Part shown: piece after piece, positions 27,308 to 36,983 of the stretch
Position numbering within the stretch: the first letter of the stretch is position 1
Layout: every line of letters begins with the position of its first letter
DNA from: Chthonomonadaceae bacterium
GTDB taxonomy: Bacteria; Armatimonadota; Chthonomonadetes; Chthonomonadales; Chthonomonadaceae
NCBI GenBank assembly: GCA_035650735.1
Contig: DASRGZ010000156.1
Span: 1-50,725 of the forward strand
Reading direction: 5' to 3'
DNA: 50,725 nt
The notes under the pieces: model-generated
The model's database searches: none
Told to the model about the DNA's origin: nothing
What the model saw: the letters and a program-made list of their open reading frames with translations, nothing else
Translations under genes and position numbers: made by a program

Positions 27308-27323
27308 AATCCAGAGGACAACC

Positions 27324-28328
27324 ATGCCGACGATTCTCTGTGCCATGCCGGAAAACACCTACCGGCGCATGATGACGCCCGAATTGGAAGCAGAACTGCG
27401 TGCGCTCGGAGAGGTTATCTACTGCCCGAACGCGCGGGAGATGAGTGAAGAGGAATATGGCGCTCTGTGGGCGAAGGCGGACGCGGCATTGACGGGCTGG
27501 GGCGTTCGTCCCCCGACGCCCGCCATGCTGGACCGCGCCCCCAACCTGCGGATCATCAGCCACACGGCAGGCTCACTGCGCATGTTTCCGCGCTACGCGC
27601 TGGAGAAGGGCATCGTCATCACGACCGCGCGGGCCGCCATCGCGCGCACGGTAGCCGAGTTCTGCCTGATGAACGCCTGCATCCTGCTGCGCCGCTACCT
27701 CTATTACCTCGATTCTGATCCGGCCCGCAAAGCTTTCTTCAGTCCGGAGGGCTCTACCCCCTACAACGAGACCCTGCATGATAAGACGGTCGGGCTTATC
27801 GGCTTTGGGTGCATCGGCAGGCTGTTTCGGGAGAAGCTGCGGCCTTTTGATTGCCGTGTGCTGGTCCACGACCCGTACATGACGCCGGAGGAGGCCGCGC
27901 GGCATCAAGTGGAGCTTACCGACCTGCCGACGCTCCTGCGGACCTCCAAGGTCGTCTCGCTCCACGCGCCCGATATTCCCCAGACCCGCCACATGATCGG
28001 GGCGCAAGAACTGGCGCTGCTTCAGGACGGCGCGATCTTCCTCAACTCGGCGCGGGGCCGGCTGGTAGATACGGAGGCGCTGACGGAGGCCCTGCGGACG
28101 GGCCGCTTCTTCGCCGCCATTGACGTCACCGATCCGGAGCCGCTGCCGCCCGACCATCCCCTGCCCAAGCTGCCCAACGTTCTCTTTACCCCGCATGTCG
28201 CCGGGCCCACTCAGGATGAGTACCCGCAACTGACGCGCATGGCCTTGACCGATCTGGCCCGCTTCCTGCGCGGCGAGCGCCCGCTCTATGCCATTACGCC
28301 CGAAGCCTTCGACCTCATGAGCTTTTGA
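27324..28328 (+). CDS. D-isomer-specific 2-hydroxyacid dehydrogenase
   Basis: GLIGFGCIG, SLHAP, FLNSARG, DVTDPEPLP, TPHVAG. Confidence 0.92.
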   Translation: MPTILCAMPENTYRRMMTPELEAELRALGEVIYCPNAREMSEEEYGALWAKADAALTGWGVRPPTPAMLDRAPNLRIISHTAGSLRMFPRYALEKGIVITTARAAIARTVAEFCLMNACILLRRYLYYLDSDPARKAFFSPEGSTPYNETLHDKTVGLIGFGCIGRLFREKLRPFDCRVLVHDPYMTPEEAARHQVELTDLPTLLRTSKVVSLHAPDIPQTRHMIGAQELALLQDGAIFLNSARGRLVDTEALTEALRTGRFFAAIDVTDPEPLPPDHPLPKLPNVLFTPHVAGPTQDEYPQLTRMALTDLARFLRGERPLYAITPEAFDLMSF

Positions 28329-28336
28329 CTGAGCTA

Positions 28337-28380
28337 CCTAACCTCCCGGCCCCCTTCCCTACAAGGGAAGGGGGTGACCC
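28337..28380. repeat. Family A palindromic repeat
   Basis: CCTAACCTCCCGGCCCCCTTCCCTACAAGGGAAGGGGGTGACCC. Confidence 0.85.
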
Positions 28381-28418
28381 GGCCTCTCTGGATGACGGGC
28401 GGCTGGGAATGGGAGCCA

Positions 28419-28454
28419 CAAACAAAAGGGAGCAACCTAGCTTAGGTTGCTCCC
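28419..28454 (-). terminator. Intrinsic terminator of the tRNA pair
   Basis: 12-bp stem GGGAGCAACCTA/TAGGTTGCTCCC followed on the minus strand by TTTTGTTTG. Confidence 0.8.
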
Positions 28455-28474
28455 ACACAAATTCGCACCCTATA

Positions 28475-28556
28475 TGCCGAGGACAGGACTTGAACCTGCA
28501 AGCCGTTGGGCATACGCACCTCAAGCGTACGTGTCTGCCAATTCCACCACCTCGGC
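28475..28556 (-). tRNA. tRNA-Leu(GAG)
   Basis: GCCGAGG acceptor; anticodon arm TACGC-TTGAGGT-GCGTA; long variable arm; GGTTCAAGTCC T-arm; CCA not encoded. Confidence 0.96.
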
Positions 28557-28585
28557 GCAAAGGCATTCCCGGAGCGCATAGCAAA

Positions 28586-28660
28586 TGGTAGGGATACGGG
28601 GAATCGAACCCCGGTTTAAGGACTGAAAATCCTTCGTCCTAACCTCTAGACGATATCCCC
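28586..28660 (-). tRNA. tRNA-Glu(TTC)
   Basis: GGGGATA/TATCCCT acceptor (G1.U72); AAGGA-TTTTCAG-TCCTT anticodon arm; GGTTCGATTCC; encoded CCA. Confidence 0.95.
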
Positions 28661-28692
28661 AGAGCCGCTTTACGCCCCGGAAATGCACTGAT

Positions 28693-28721
28693 ATTATAAG
28701 ACAAGACCGGCCTTTTGTCAA
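28693..28721 (-). promoter_or_regulatory. Consensus sigma70 promoter of the tRNA-Glu/tRNA-Leu operon
   Basis: Minus strand TTGACA-17 nt-TATAAT, perfect consensus. Confidence 0.9.
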
Positions 28722-28757
28722 GGCTCTAGCGCAGAAATTCCCTGATCGGGCCGCGCC

Positions 28758-28786
28758 TTGACGCCGGTTCGCTGGTAGCCTATAAT
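28758..28786 (+). promoter_or_regulatory. Sigma70 promoter upstream of the vWA/GATase-like gene
   Basis: TTGACG-17 nt-TATAAT. Confidence 0.8.
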
Positions 28787-28951
28787 GAGAGCAGGGCGAC
28801 GGGCGTAACTCTTTGCGCTCTAGAGCGTCCCAATAGTTATCCGAAGGTTTCTCTGTCCTTTAGCGCTCCTAACACAACCTGCCTGGTTCCTCTCAAAGCA
28901 AAGGGCTATCCGGGAGTTTGTCAGGCGCTCTTAGCCGTACAACTTAGTAAG

Positions 28952-31351
28952 ATGTTCTCTACCCTTCTTGCCGTCAGCAGTCTGGCGCTGTACTACCGCC
29001 TGCTCGGCCTGACGCCGGAAAGCGCCCGACAGATCGAGCGGATGCGGCTGGCCTTTGCCACGGGCTGGCCGCTGGCGCTGGCGGTCGGGCTGATCGCGCT
29101 TGCCGCCGTCTGGTTCGCCTATCACTACTGGAAGGACGGAACCCGCCCCTCCTGGTGGTTCAAGGGGCCGATGGTGGTGCTGCGCCTGCTGGCGGTCGCC
29201 GTGCTGATGGTGATGCTTGCCCAGCCGACCCTGCGCTTGCAGCAGGTGTCTCGCGTGCGTCCTGCCGTCGTGCTGCTGGTGGACAACTCGCAGAGCATGG
29301 GCTTTACCGATCCCAGGCTGCCGACGGCCCGCGCGCAAAAGGAGGCTGCCGGCCTGGGCCTGTCTCCGGCGGACGTGCCCCGCATGACGCGCCTGGATCG
29401 CGCCAACGGCCTGCTCAACCGCTCTCACCTCCTGGCCGCGCTCGCCAGACTCTATAACGTGCGCCTGTATACCTTCGCTGGCGCCCCGCACGCCACTCCC
29501 CTGCCCGGCGACTCCAAAAAGCTGGCCGCCTATCGTTTCGCCCTCGCCCCGGACGCCCGAAACGGCAACTCCACGCAGATGGGCGCGGCCCTGCGCCGTG
29601 CCCTGGAAGACCTGGCCGGGCAGCCCGTGGCCGGAACGCTGATCCTCAGCGACGGCGGCAGCAACCTGGGCGAAGACCCCGTTCCGGTGGCGGCCCAGAT
29701 CCGCCAGGCCCGCATTCCCGTCAGCACGGTCGGCCTCGGCGACCCCACCAAGACCAAAGACGTGGCGCTGTTGAGCGTCCTGGCTGACGACGTGGTACGC
29801 ACCCATAACACGGTGACGGTCTACGCGGCGCTCACCCATCGCGGCTACGCCGGAAAGACCGTCGCCGTCACCCTCCAGCGCGGCAACGAGGTCGTCGGAC
29901 GGGAGATGGTGGTCCTCGGCCCCGATGAGCAGAAGCAGGAGGTCCGCTTCAACTACGTCGCCGAGCAGCCGGGCCGCTTCACTTATACCGTCTCGATTGC
30001 CCCGCAGCCGGGGGAGATCACCTTAGAGAACAACAAGAGCCGTTTTCCGCAAACGGTCATCCAGAAAAAGCTCAAGATCCTCTATGTCGAAAACGAGCCG
30101 CGCTACGAGTACCGCTACCTTAAGAACGCCATTTTGCGCGATACCAGCCTGGACTTCGCCTGCCTGCTGCTCTCCTCGGACTATACGGCGCAGGGAGGCG
30201 AGGGCAACCTGAAGATACACGCTTTCCCGCCCACCGAGAAGGCCCTGTTCGACTACGACATGGTGATTCTGGGCGACGTGCCCCGCTCCTATTTCACTGC
30301 CGCCCAATTGCAGGCGCTGCGCCGCTTTGTCGAGGACCGGGGCGCGAGCCTGCTGGTCATTGCCGGCGATCAGCACATGCCCCATGAGTATGCCGGGACG
30401 CCGCTGGAGGCCGTTTTGCCGGTGGTCATCACGCCCGCGCCCGATCCGATTCTGACCGAAGAGCCCTTCCAGTGGCAATTGACGCCGGAGGGCCGGCGCA
30501 GCCCCATCACGCAGTTGGAGGACGATCCGGCCCTCAACACGCGCGTCTGGGCGACGCTGCCTGGCATGTACTGGGCGGCGGGCGTGCCGCGCGCCAAGCC
30601 GGGCGCGACGGTGCTGGCCGTGCATCCGACCCGCAGCAACGCCGATGGCCCGCGCGTGCTGGTGGCGACCCAGCCGTTCGGCGCGGGCAAATGCTTCATC
30701 CAACTCGTGGATAGCACCTATCTGTGGCGCTGGCGCGTGGGAGATCGCTACTTCTATCGCTACTGGGGCCAGGTGCTGCGCACCCTCACGCCCAAGGAGT
30801 TGCCCGGCAACAGCCGTTTCGTCCAGCTTAACGCCGACCGCAACCGCTACCTCCTGGGCGACAGGGCGTTGCTCACCGCGCGCCTGCTGGATGCCTTCTA
30901 CCATCCTATCAAGGCCAGGTCGGTCACCGCGATTATCCAGGGGCAGGGCGGCCAGACTCAGCGCCTGACGCTGCAAGCCACGCCCGGCTCGCCCGGCCTC
31001 TACACCGCCCAGTTCCAGCCGGATCGCGTCGGGCGCTACGAGGTTTCCTTGACCTCACCGATCAATCCAAAGGCCAAAGCCAGCGCCGTCTTCGTCGTGG
31101 AGAGCCTGGCGCTGGAGAAGCAGAAGCCGGAGCTGGACGAGGCGCTGCTCAAGCGGGTGGCGGCGGCGGGCGGCGGCAAATACTACCAGCCGGACGAGCT
31201 ACTCCAATGGGCGCGATCCCTACCCAATAACCCGCTGACCATCCGCAGCGAGCAGGAAATCGAGCTCTGGGACGCGCCGCTGTTCCTGATCCTCTTCATC
31301 ACGCCGCTGGCCCTGGAATGGCTCCTCCGCAAACGTAAGGGATTGCTCTAA
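28952..31351 (+). CDS. Membrane-anchored vWA-domain / glutamine-amidotransferase-like protein
   Basis: N-terminal TMs; MIDAS LLVDNSQSM..ST..LSDG; Ig-like segment; RYEYRYLKNA..YDMVILGDV GATase-like region; C-terminal TM ending EWLLRKRKGLL. Confidence 0.8.
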   Translation: MFSTLLAVSSLALYYRLLGLTPESARQIERMRLAFATGWPLALAVGLIALAAVWFAYHYWKDGTRPSWWFKGPMVVLRLLAVAVLMVMLAQPTLRLQQVSRVRPAVVLLVDNSQSMGFTDPRLPTARAQKEAAGLGLSPADVPRMTRLDRANGLLNRSHLLAALARLYNVRLYTFAGAPHATPLPGDSKKLAAYRFALAPDARNGNSTQMGAALRRALEDLAGQPVAGTLILSDGGSNLGEDPVPVAAQIRQARIPVSTVGLGDPTKTKDVALLSVLADDVVRTHNTVTVYAALTHRGYAGKTVAVTLQRGNEVVGREMVVLGPDEQKQEVRFNYVAEQPGRFTYTVSIAPQPGEITLENNKSRFPQTVIQKKLKILYVENEPRYEYRYLKNAILRDTSLDFACLLLSSDYTAQGGEGNLKIHAFPPTEKALFDYDMVILGDVPRSYFTAAQLQALRRFVEDRGASLLVIAGDQHMPHEYAGTPLEAVLPVVITPAPDPILTEEPFQWQLTPEGRRSPITQLEDDPALNTRVWATLPGMYWAAGVPRAKPGATVLAVHPTRSNADGPRVLVATQPFGAGKCFIQLVDSTYLWRWRVGDRYFYRYWGQVLRTLTPKELPGNSRFVQLNADRNRYLLGDRALLTARLLDAFYHPIKARSVTAIIQGQGGQTQRLTLQATPGSPGLYTAQFQPDRVGRYEVSLTSPINPKAKASAVFVVESLALEKQKPELDEALLKRVAAAGGGKYYQPDELLQWARSLPNNPLTIRSEQEIELWDAPLFLILFITPLALEWLLRKRKGLL

Positions 31352-31377
31352 AACTTCGTGAAGAAAGCAGAGGAAAA

Positions 31378-32328
31378 ATGAGACGCAAGCGCTTTTGGAT
31401 GTTATTGGGGTGGCTGATCATGGCGGCGCTCGGCGTGGGGGCGCAGACGGCCCCGCAACCGGATTACACCCGCCAGGAAGATGTCATCTATGGCCGCAAA
31501 TACGGCACCGCCCTGACGATGGACGTCTTCACGCCCAAGCAGCATGCAAAAGGAGTGGGCGTGATCTTTGTGGTGAGCGGGGGATGGTTCTCCGCGCATG
31601 AGGCCATCAACCCGGCCTTCCTGCAAGAGCTTCTCAAGCGCGGCTATACCGTCTTTGCGGTCGTGCATGGCAGCCAGCCCAAATACACCATCCCGGAGAT
31701 ACTGGGCGATATGCACCGGGCCGTGCGCTTCATCCGCTATCACGCCAAAGAGTATGGGATAGACCCGGATCGTATCGGCATCACGGGCGCGTCGGCGGGC
31801 GGGCACCTCTCCTTGATGCAGGGCATGGCCGGCAATAAAGGCAACCCGAACGCCAATGATCCGGTGGAGCGCATGTCGAGCCGTATCCAGGCCGTCGCCT
31901 GCTTCTTCCCGCCGACCGATTTCCTCAACTACGGTCAGCCGGGCCAGGACGCTATCGGGCGCGGCATCCTGAAGGATTTCCACGCTGCCTTCGATTTCCA
32001 TGAGTTCGATATGGGCACCAAATCGTTCGTGCCCATCACCGACGAGAATCGGATCAAGGAGTTGGCGCGCGCTATCTCTCCACTCTACCATGTCACCGCC
32101 GAAGCCCCGCCGACGCTGATCATCCACGGGGACGCGGATACGCTGGTGCCGATCCAGCAGGCCCAAGTGATCATCGCCAAGCTGAAGGAGGTTAACGTTC
32201 CGGCAGAGTTAGTGGTGAAGCACGGGGCCGGGCACGGCTGGCCCCACCTGGATCAGGACATGACCGTTATCGCGGACTGGTTCGATAAATACCTGAAACC
32301 GGCTCCCAATCAGGCGGCACGGCCATAA
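31378..32328 (+). CDS. Exported alpha/beta hydrolase (esterase/lipase, BD-FAE-like)
   Basis: Signal peptide; SGGW; GASAGG nucleophile elbow; IIHGDADTLVP; GAGHG. Confidence 0.9.
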   Translation: MRRKRFWMLLGWLIMAALGVGAQTAPQPDYTRQEDVIYGRKYGTALTMDVFTPKQHAKGVGVIFVVSGGWFSAHEAINPAFLQELLKRGYTVFAVVHGSQPKYTIPEILGDMHRAVRFIRYHAKEYGIDPDRIGITGASAGGHLSLMQGMAGNKGNPNANDPVERMSSRIQAVACFFPPTDFLNYGQPGQDAIGRGILKDFHAAFDFHEFDMGTKSFVPITDENRIKELARAISPLYHVTAEAPPTLIIHGDADTLVPIQQAQVIIAKLKEVNVPAELVVKHGAGHGWPHLDQDMTVIADWFDKYLKPAPNQAARP

Positions 32329-32424
32329 AGCGTAGCGGCCTCTCGAAGGCTCAATCTCAAACCGTGGTTTAGTTGGACGCTGCCCCGAATTAACAGTGGA
32401 GAGAAACAGGCAGTGAGGGCAATC

Positions 32425-32469
32425 AAAAGCCCCGCCATAGACGGAATTTCGTCTATGGCGGGGCTTTTT
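32425..32469. terminator. Bidirectional intrinsic terminator
   Basis: AAAAGCCCCGCCATAGACG-GAATTT-CGTCTATGGCGGGGCTTTTT between convergent genes; ends the nuo transcript. Confidence 0.9.
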
Positions 32470-32483
32470 CGCTGGCGGGAAAA

Positions 32484-32933
32484 TTAGGTGGGAGGCGAAG
32501 AAACGGTCTTCCTGGAGCCGGCAAGGGTGACGGGCATGCCCTGCAAGGCGCTGAAGTAGAGGTTGATGCCCTTGTTAGCCACCAGCGAGCCTGCGATGCT
32601 CATGATAAACAGGTAGGCGATGCGAAATAGCAGCGTGCCAAACTGGACGCCGATGGTCGTCGCCTGCGGATCGGTTTTCGGATTGCCCGTGAATTTGAGG
32701 CCCAACGCCTGCGCGGCAGGCTGGTTGTAGAGTCCATAAGCCATATAAAAAACGACTACAAGCAGCGCCACGCCGAGCAGAAACACCAACATACCGATGA
32801 TCCGCCCGATCAGGTCGCTGCGCGTGCCGGCACTCATAGTGGAGGCTCCTTGCACCGGTAGTTCTTCTCTTTTGGGGTGGTCCTTTCCACTCTCTACGCC
32901 TGCCGGAGCGGGAGGAGGCACGGAAGTTTGCAT
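32484..32933 (-). CDS. Hypothetical two-TM membrane protein downstream of nuoN
   Basis: GGAG before ATG 32933; two hydrophobic helices. Confidence 0.75.
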   Translation of the reverse strand: MQTSVPPPAPAGVESGKDHPKREELPVQGASTMSAGTRSDLIGRIIGMLVFLLGVALLVVVFYMAYGLYNQPAAQALGLKFTGNPKTDPQATTIGVQFGTLLFRIAYLFIMSIAGSLVANKGINLYFSALQGMPVTLAGSRKTVSSPPT

Positions 32934-33092
32934 GGCCCTTCTCCGATGCGAGATCGCAAGGCTGAGGTTGCTCCGCGCTTGGCGACCGGCCCATGCCCCA
33001 CAGGTTGAAGGGCGGGCCACTTCGTTTTACAGAGGCTCCCTCTTCTTTCTTTTTACGCATCTCAGCGCGATTTGTTCACCTTGCCGCTCTCC

Positions 33093-34583
33093 TTATGGCA
33101 GCGCGCGCGCTGCATCCATCACGATATTCATCAGGTTCGGCAGGATACCAAACAAGAGCGAGGCGATTCCCGTTATGGCAATGGAGACCGTCACGCCCGC
33201 TGGCGCCACGGCGCGCTCGGTGGCCGCTGTGGTTTCCGGCTCCTGGAAGCACATCATCCAGACGACCCGCAGGTAGTAGTAGACAGAGATGATGCTTGCC
33301 AGCGCCAGCGCAATTGCCATACCGGTCTGCCCGGCGGTCAGGGCCGCGTTGAAGATCAGCCACTTGCCCATAAAGCCCATCGTCGGCGGAATGCCGCCCA
33401 GCGAAAGCATGAAGATGAGCATCATGTAGGCCGCGAACGGATCGGTGCGCGCCAGGCCCCGCAGGTCGTTCATCGTCTGGACGTCGCGCCCGCGCCGCGA
33501 CAGCAGGATCAAGATGGCGAACGCGCCCATCGTCATCAGCGCGTAGGCCAGCAGATAGAAGGCGGCGGCCCCCAGGGCCTCCTCATGCGCCTTCGTGCTG
33601 ATTGACGCGGACACCGCCACCAGCAGGTACCCGGCGTGCGCGATGGACGAATACGCTAACATACGTTTCACGTTATCCTGCGTGACAGCCCAGATGTTGC
33701 CGCCAAACATCGTCAGCACCGCCAGCACTTGCATGGCGATCAGCCAGTAGGGCGCGATGGGCGCCAGAGCGTCGAAAACGCGCAGGATAGCGGCAAAGGC
33801 CCCGACTTTGGCGCTCGCAGCCATATAGGCCGTTACCGAGGTGGGTGCGCCCTCGTAGACATCGGGCGTCCACATATGGAACGGCACCAGCGCCGCCTTA
33901 AAGCCCAATCCCACCAGCAGCAGCGACACGCCCGCCATCAGCATTACCGGAGGCGGTCCGCCGGACTCGCGCAGAAAGGTCGTCAGGGCAATGACGTTGG
34001 TGGTTCCCGGATGGACGGCGCTCGCCGATCCGCCATAGATCAGGGCGATGCCGTAGAGCAAGAACCCGGCGGCAAAGGCGCCCAGTAGGAAGTATTTGAG
34101 CGCCGCCTCCTCGCTGCGCTCCTCCGTGCGGGCGAAACCGGCCAGCACATAAAGCGCGACCGAGAGCGTCTCCAGGGCGATGAAGAGCACAATGAGGTCG
34201 GTGGCTGCGGCCATCAGCATCGCGCCGGCGGTGGAGAAGAGCACCAGGACGTAGTACTCGCCCAGGTTGAGCCGTCGGTTCTCCAGATAGGTCATGGCAA
34301 GCAGGATGGCAATGCCTGCGGCCACCAGCAGCACGACGTTGCTCGCCTGCGCAAAAGCATCCCCTGTCACTGCCCCGTTAAAGAGCGCGACGGGGTTGTC
34401 CTCGCCCATCAGGCGCACCGAGAAGAGCGTGGCAGCGACCACGCCGAGCAGGCTGATCAGTGCGCTGAGCGTCCTCTGTCGCCGCCAGGCCGGGATGCAG
34501 GCGTCGCCCAGCAGCACGATCATCCCCGTGACTGTGACGATCAGGATAGGCAGTATGCCGTGAAGATTAGCCAGAGTATTCAT
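33093..34583 (-). CDS. nuoN: NADH-quinone oxidoreductase subunit N
   Basis: EAALKYFLLG, GFKAALVPFHMWTPDVYEGAP, KRMLAYSSIAHAGY. Confidence 0.95.
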   Translation of the reverse strand: MNTLANLHGILPILIVTVTGMIVLLGDACIPAWRRQRTLSALISLLGVVAATLFSVRLMGEDNPVALFNGAVTGDAFAQASNVVLLVAAGIAILLAMTYLENRRLNLGEYYVLVLFSTAGAMLMAAATDLIVLFIALETLSVALYVLAGFARTEERSEEAALKYFLLGAFAAGFLLYGIALIYGGSASAVHPGTTNVIALTTFLRESGGPPPVMLMAGVSLLLVGLGFKAALVPFHMWTPDVYEGAPTSVTAYMAASAKVGAFAAILRVFDALAPIAPYWLIAMQVLAVLTMFGGNIWAVTQDNVKRMLAYSSIAHAGYLLVAVSASISTKAHEEALGAAAFYLLAYALMTMGAFAILILLSRRGRDVQTMNDLRGLARTDPFAAYMMLIFMLSLGGIPPTMGFMGKWLIFNAALTAGQTGMAIALALASIISVYYYLRVVWMMCFQEPETTAATERAVAPAGVTVSIAITGIASLLFGILPNLMNIVMDAARALP

Positions 34584-34586
34584 CGT

Positions 34587-36833
34587 TTACGATTTTGTCC
34601 CTGTGCGATGGAGCGTGGCGTCGGCCCTGCCGAGGCCGTTGATACTGGAAGTGCGCGGGCCGCGCGGTCTTACCGGAGGCGCCAGGGAAGGTACATTCGG
34701 ATTGGCCGGGCGCGCGGGCGCCGGAGCGCTCGTTCCCGTTCCCGGACTGCCGGTTCCGGCGGGGTTTTGCGGCCCATGAAGCAGGCCACCCATAGGCGGC
34801 GTAGCGACAGGCGTCGGGGTTCCGGGAGATGTTGGGTTGGTCGTGCCAGAGGTGCCCGATGGCGTCGGGGCAGGAGAGTTCGGCGTTCCCGGCGACGGCG
34901 CGGGTAGGACCGTGCCTGGAGCGGCACCCGACGGCGGCCTTATGGGAGGGATCGGCCTGGACTCTGGCGACAGAGCGGGCGCGACTTCGCTTGGGGCAGC
35001 GCTGGAGGGAGCCGCGCCCGATGTGGTCTCGGCGCCTCCTCCCGGCGCTGCGGCAGGCGGTACGGTCGGCGGGGCCGGGTTCCCAATGGGCGCCTGGCGC
35101 CGGCGTCGCTCCAGGCCGCCCAGCGGAGCCAGATCGCTCTGCGAATACTCCCGCTCCAACACCGACGTGATCGGCAGCGTATCCTCCAGGCGCCGCTCGT
35201 TGGCGGGCAATAGCATTCGCACCGAGGTATCCATGCGCTGCGTCCAGAACTGGCTCCAGAGACCAACCCAGAAGATGATCGCCACCAGCGGGGTCAGCAC
35301 GAACCATTCGTTCAGGTCCAGATCGGGCAGGTGCCGATTGACCGGCTTGGTGATCGGGCCGAGCATGATGCGATGGAACCACCAGAGCATATAGACGGCA
35401 CTCAGGATCATACCGGTTGCCGCCAGCGCCGTAGACCAGTAGCCGCCCACCGGCTTGGTCTGCGCGGAGACCCAGGAGCCCAGCAGAATCGGGAACTCGC
35501 CCACGAAGCCGTTGAAGAACGGCACGGCGATGCTGGAGAGCGTGGCGAGCAGCGTCATCGCCGCTAGCGCCGGCACGACCCGCTTCAGCCCGCCGAACTC
35601 GCTGATCAGGCGCGTGTGCCGCCGCTCATAGAGCATACCGACGAGGAAGAAGAGCATCGGCGTCGAGATGCCGTGGTTGATGTTCTGCACCAGCGCGCCC
35701 ATCATCCCGACGGGCGTAAATGTAAAGATGCCCAGGATAACAAAGCCCAGGTGCGCCACGCTGGAGTAGGCGACGAGCTTCTTGGCGTCCGGCTGCACGG
35801 CGGCGACAATCGAGCCGTAGATGATGCCGATGATCGCTAGCACGATAAACAGGACGGCAGTCTCATGGGCCTGCTCCGGGAAGAGCGGCAGACAGAAGCG
35901 CAGGAAGCCATAGGTGCCCATCTTGAGCATGATGCCCGCCAGGATCGCGCTGCCCGCCGTCGGCGCCTCCACGTGCGCGTCCGGCAGCCAGGTATGGAAC
36001 GGGAACATCGGCACCTTGATCATGAAGGCCAGCGCGAAGGCGGCATACATCCACATCAGCGCCTGCGGATTGGCGCTGTTCAGGGCATAGAGCTTTGCGC
36101 CGGGACTGCCGGGCACGGCCTGGTTGGAGAGCGCGAGCACGTTGAAGGTGCCGGTCGCCCGGTAGACGGCCACGATGGCGACGAGCATGAGGATGCTGCC
36201 CGCGAACGTATAGAGGAAGAACTTGATGGCCGCGTAGATGCGGTTCTCATGCCCGAAGATGCCGATGAGGAAGTACATCGGGATGAGCACGGCCTCCCAG
36301 AACACGTAGAACAGCACCAGGTCCAGCGCGCAGAACACCCCGATCAGCGCGGTCTCCAGCAGCAGCAGGAAGACCATGAACTCCTTGAGCCGCTGCTTGA
36401 TCCCGAACGAGAACAGCACGCTAAGCACCATCAGGAACGTGGTCAGCACGATCAGCAGCAGGCTGATGCCGTCCACGCCCATCCGATAGTCAATGGCTAG
36501 CGTGCCGATGCGTATCCAGCTCGCGCTCTCCAGGAACTGCATATTGCGCGTGTCGGAATTGACGTAGCCGATCTGGAAGGCGGCCAGCATCACCAGCGAC
36601 AACACGAACGTCGCCAGCGCAAACGCCAGCGCCACCCAGTTGATTGCGTTGCGCGCCGGGTCCCGGACGACCAATGGCGAGGGCGCATCGGGCACGCCGT
36701 GCGCTTCGTGCTCGTGGTCGCCGTGATGTTCCGGCAGATCCTGCGGGCGCTTGAGAAACATCAGGAAGATAGCGCCAAGCAGCGGCAGGAACGTGACCCA
36801 GCTTAAAATATGGGGTATCGGTGTTTGATACAT
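34587..36833 (-). CDS. nuoM: NADH-quinone oxidoreductase subunit M with long Pro-rich C-terminal extension
   Basis: FYVFWE, KVPMFPFHTWLPDAHVEAPTAGS, LKMGTYG, KKLVAYSSVAH. Confidence 0.95.
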   Translation of the reverse strand: MYQTPIPHILSWVTFLPLLGAIFLMFLKRPQDLPEHHGDHEHEAHGVPDAPSPLVVRDPARNAINWVALAFALATFVLSLVMLAAFQIGYVNSDTRNMQFLESASWIRIGTLAIDYRMGVDGISLLLIVLTTFLMVLSVLFSFGIKQRLKEFMVFLLLLETALIGVFCALDLVLFYVFWEAVLIPMYFLIGIFGHENRIYAAIKFFLYTFAGSILMLVAIVAVYRATGTFNVLALSNQAVPGSPGAKLYALNSANPQALMWMYAAFALAFMIKVPMFPFHTWLPDAHVEAPTAGSAILAGIMLKMGTYGFLRFCLPLFPEQAHETAVLFIVLAIIGIIYGSIVAAVQPDAKKLVAYSSVAHLGFVILGIFTFTPVGMMGALVQNINHGISTPMLFFLVGMLYERRHTRLISEFGGLKRVVPALAAMTLLATLSSIAVPFFNGFVGEFPILLGSWVSAQTKPVGGYWSTALAATGMILSAVYMLWWFHRIMLGPITKPVNRHLPDLDLNEWFVLTPLVAIIFWVGLWSQFWTQRMDTSVRMLLPANERRLEDTLPITSVLEREYSQSDLAPLGGLERRRRQAPIGNPAPPTVPPAAAPGGGAETTSGAAPSSAAPSEVAPALSPESRPIPPIRPPSGAAPGTVLPAPSPGTPNSPAPTPSGTSGTTNPTSPGTPTPVATPPMGGLLHGPQNPAGTGSPGTGTSAPAPARPANPNVPSLAPPVRPRGPRTSSINGLGRADATLHRTGTKS

Positions 36834-36850
36834 CGTTACCTCTTAGATTC

Positions 36851-36964
36851 GCCCGGCCCTAAAGGACCGGGCTGTGGGCGGCAAGCCCCCTGAAGGGGGC
36901 TAATCCACCCCTCGTAGCCCGCTTGAGCGGGCTTGCCGTCCGCAGTCCACCCCTTTAGGGGTGG
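36851..36964. repeat. Four-hairpin palindromic element, family C, between nuoL and nuoM
   Basis: GCCCGGCCCTAAAGGACCGGGC; AGCCCCCTGAAGGGGGCT; AGCCCGCTTGAGCGGGCT; CCACCCCTTTAGGGGTGG; long-range GGCGGCAAGCC/GGCTTGCCGTC pairing. Confidence 0.8.
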
Positions 36965-36983
36965 CTGCCGGGGGTTAGGCAGG

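Noticed and set aside
28475..28660. tRNAs as integration site of an island
   Set aside because: No integrase seen and no duplicate of either tRNA 3' end noticed in the window.
28586..28660. G1.U72 pair in tRNA-Glu as a sign of recoding
   Set aside because: The rest of the cloverleaf and the anticodon are ordinary; one wobble pair is not evidence of altered identity.
34567..35382. 271-aa alternate-frame ORF as a separate gene or frameshift product at the nuoM end
   Set aside because: The nuoM frame is continuous to a stop 3 nt before nuoN; this ORF overlaps both genes and has no motif.
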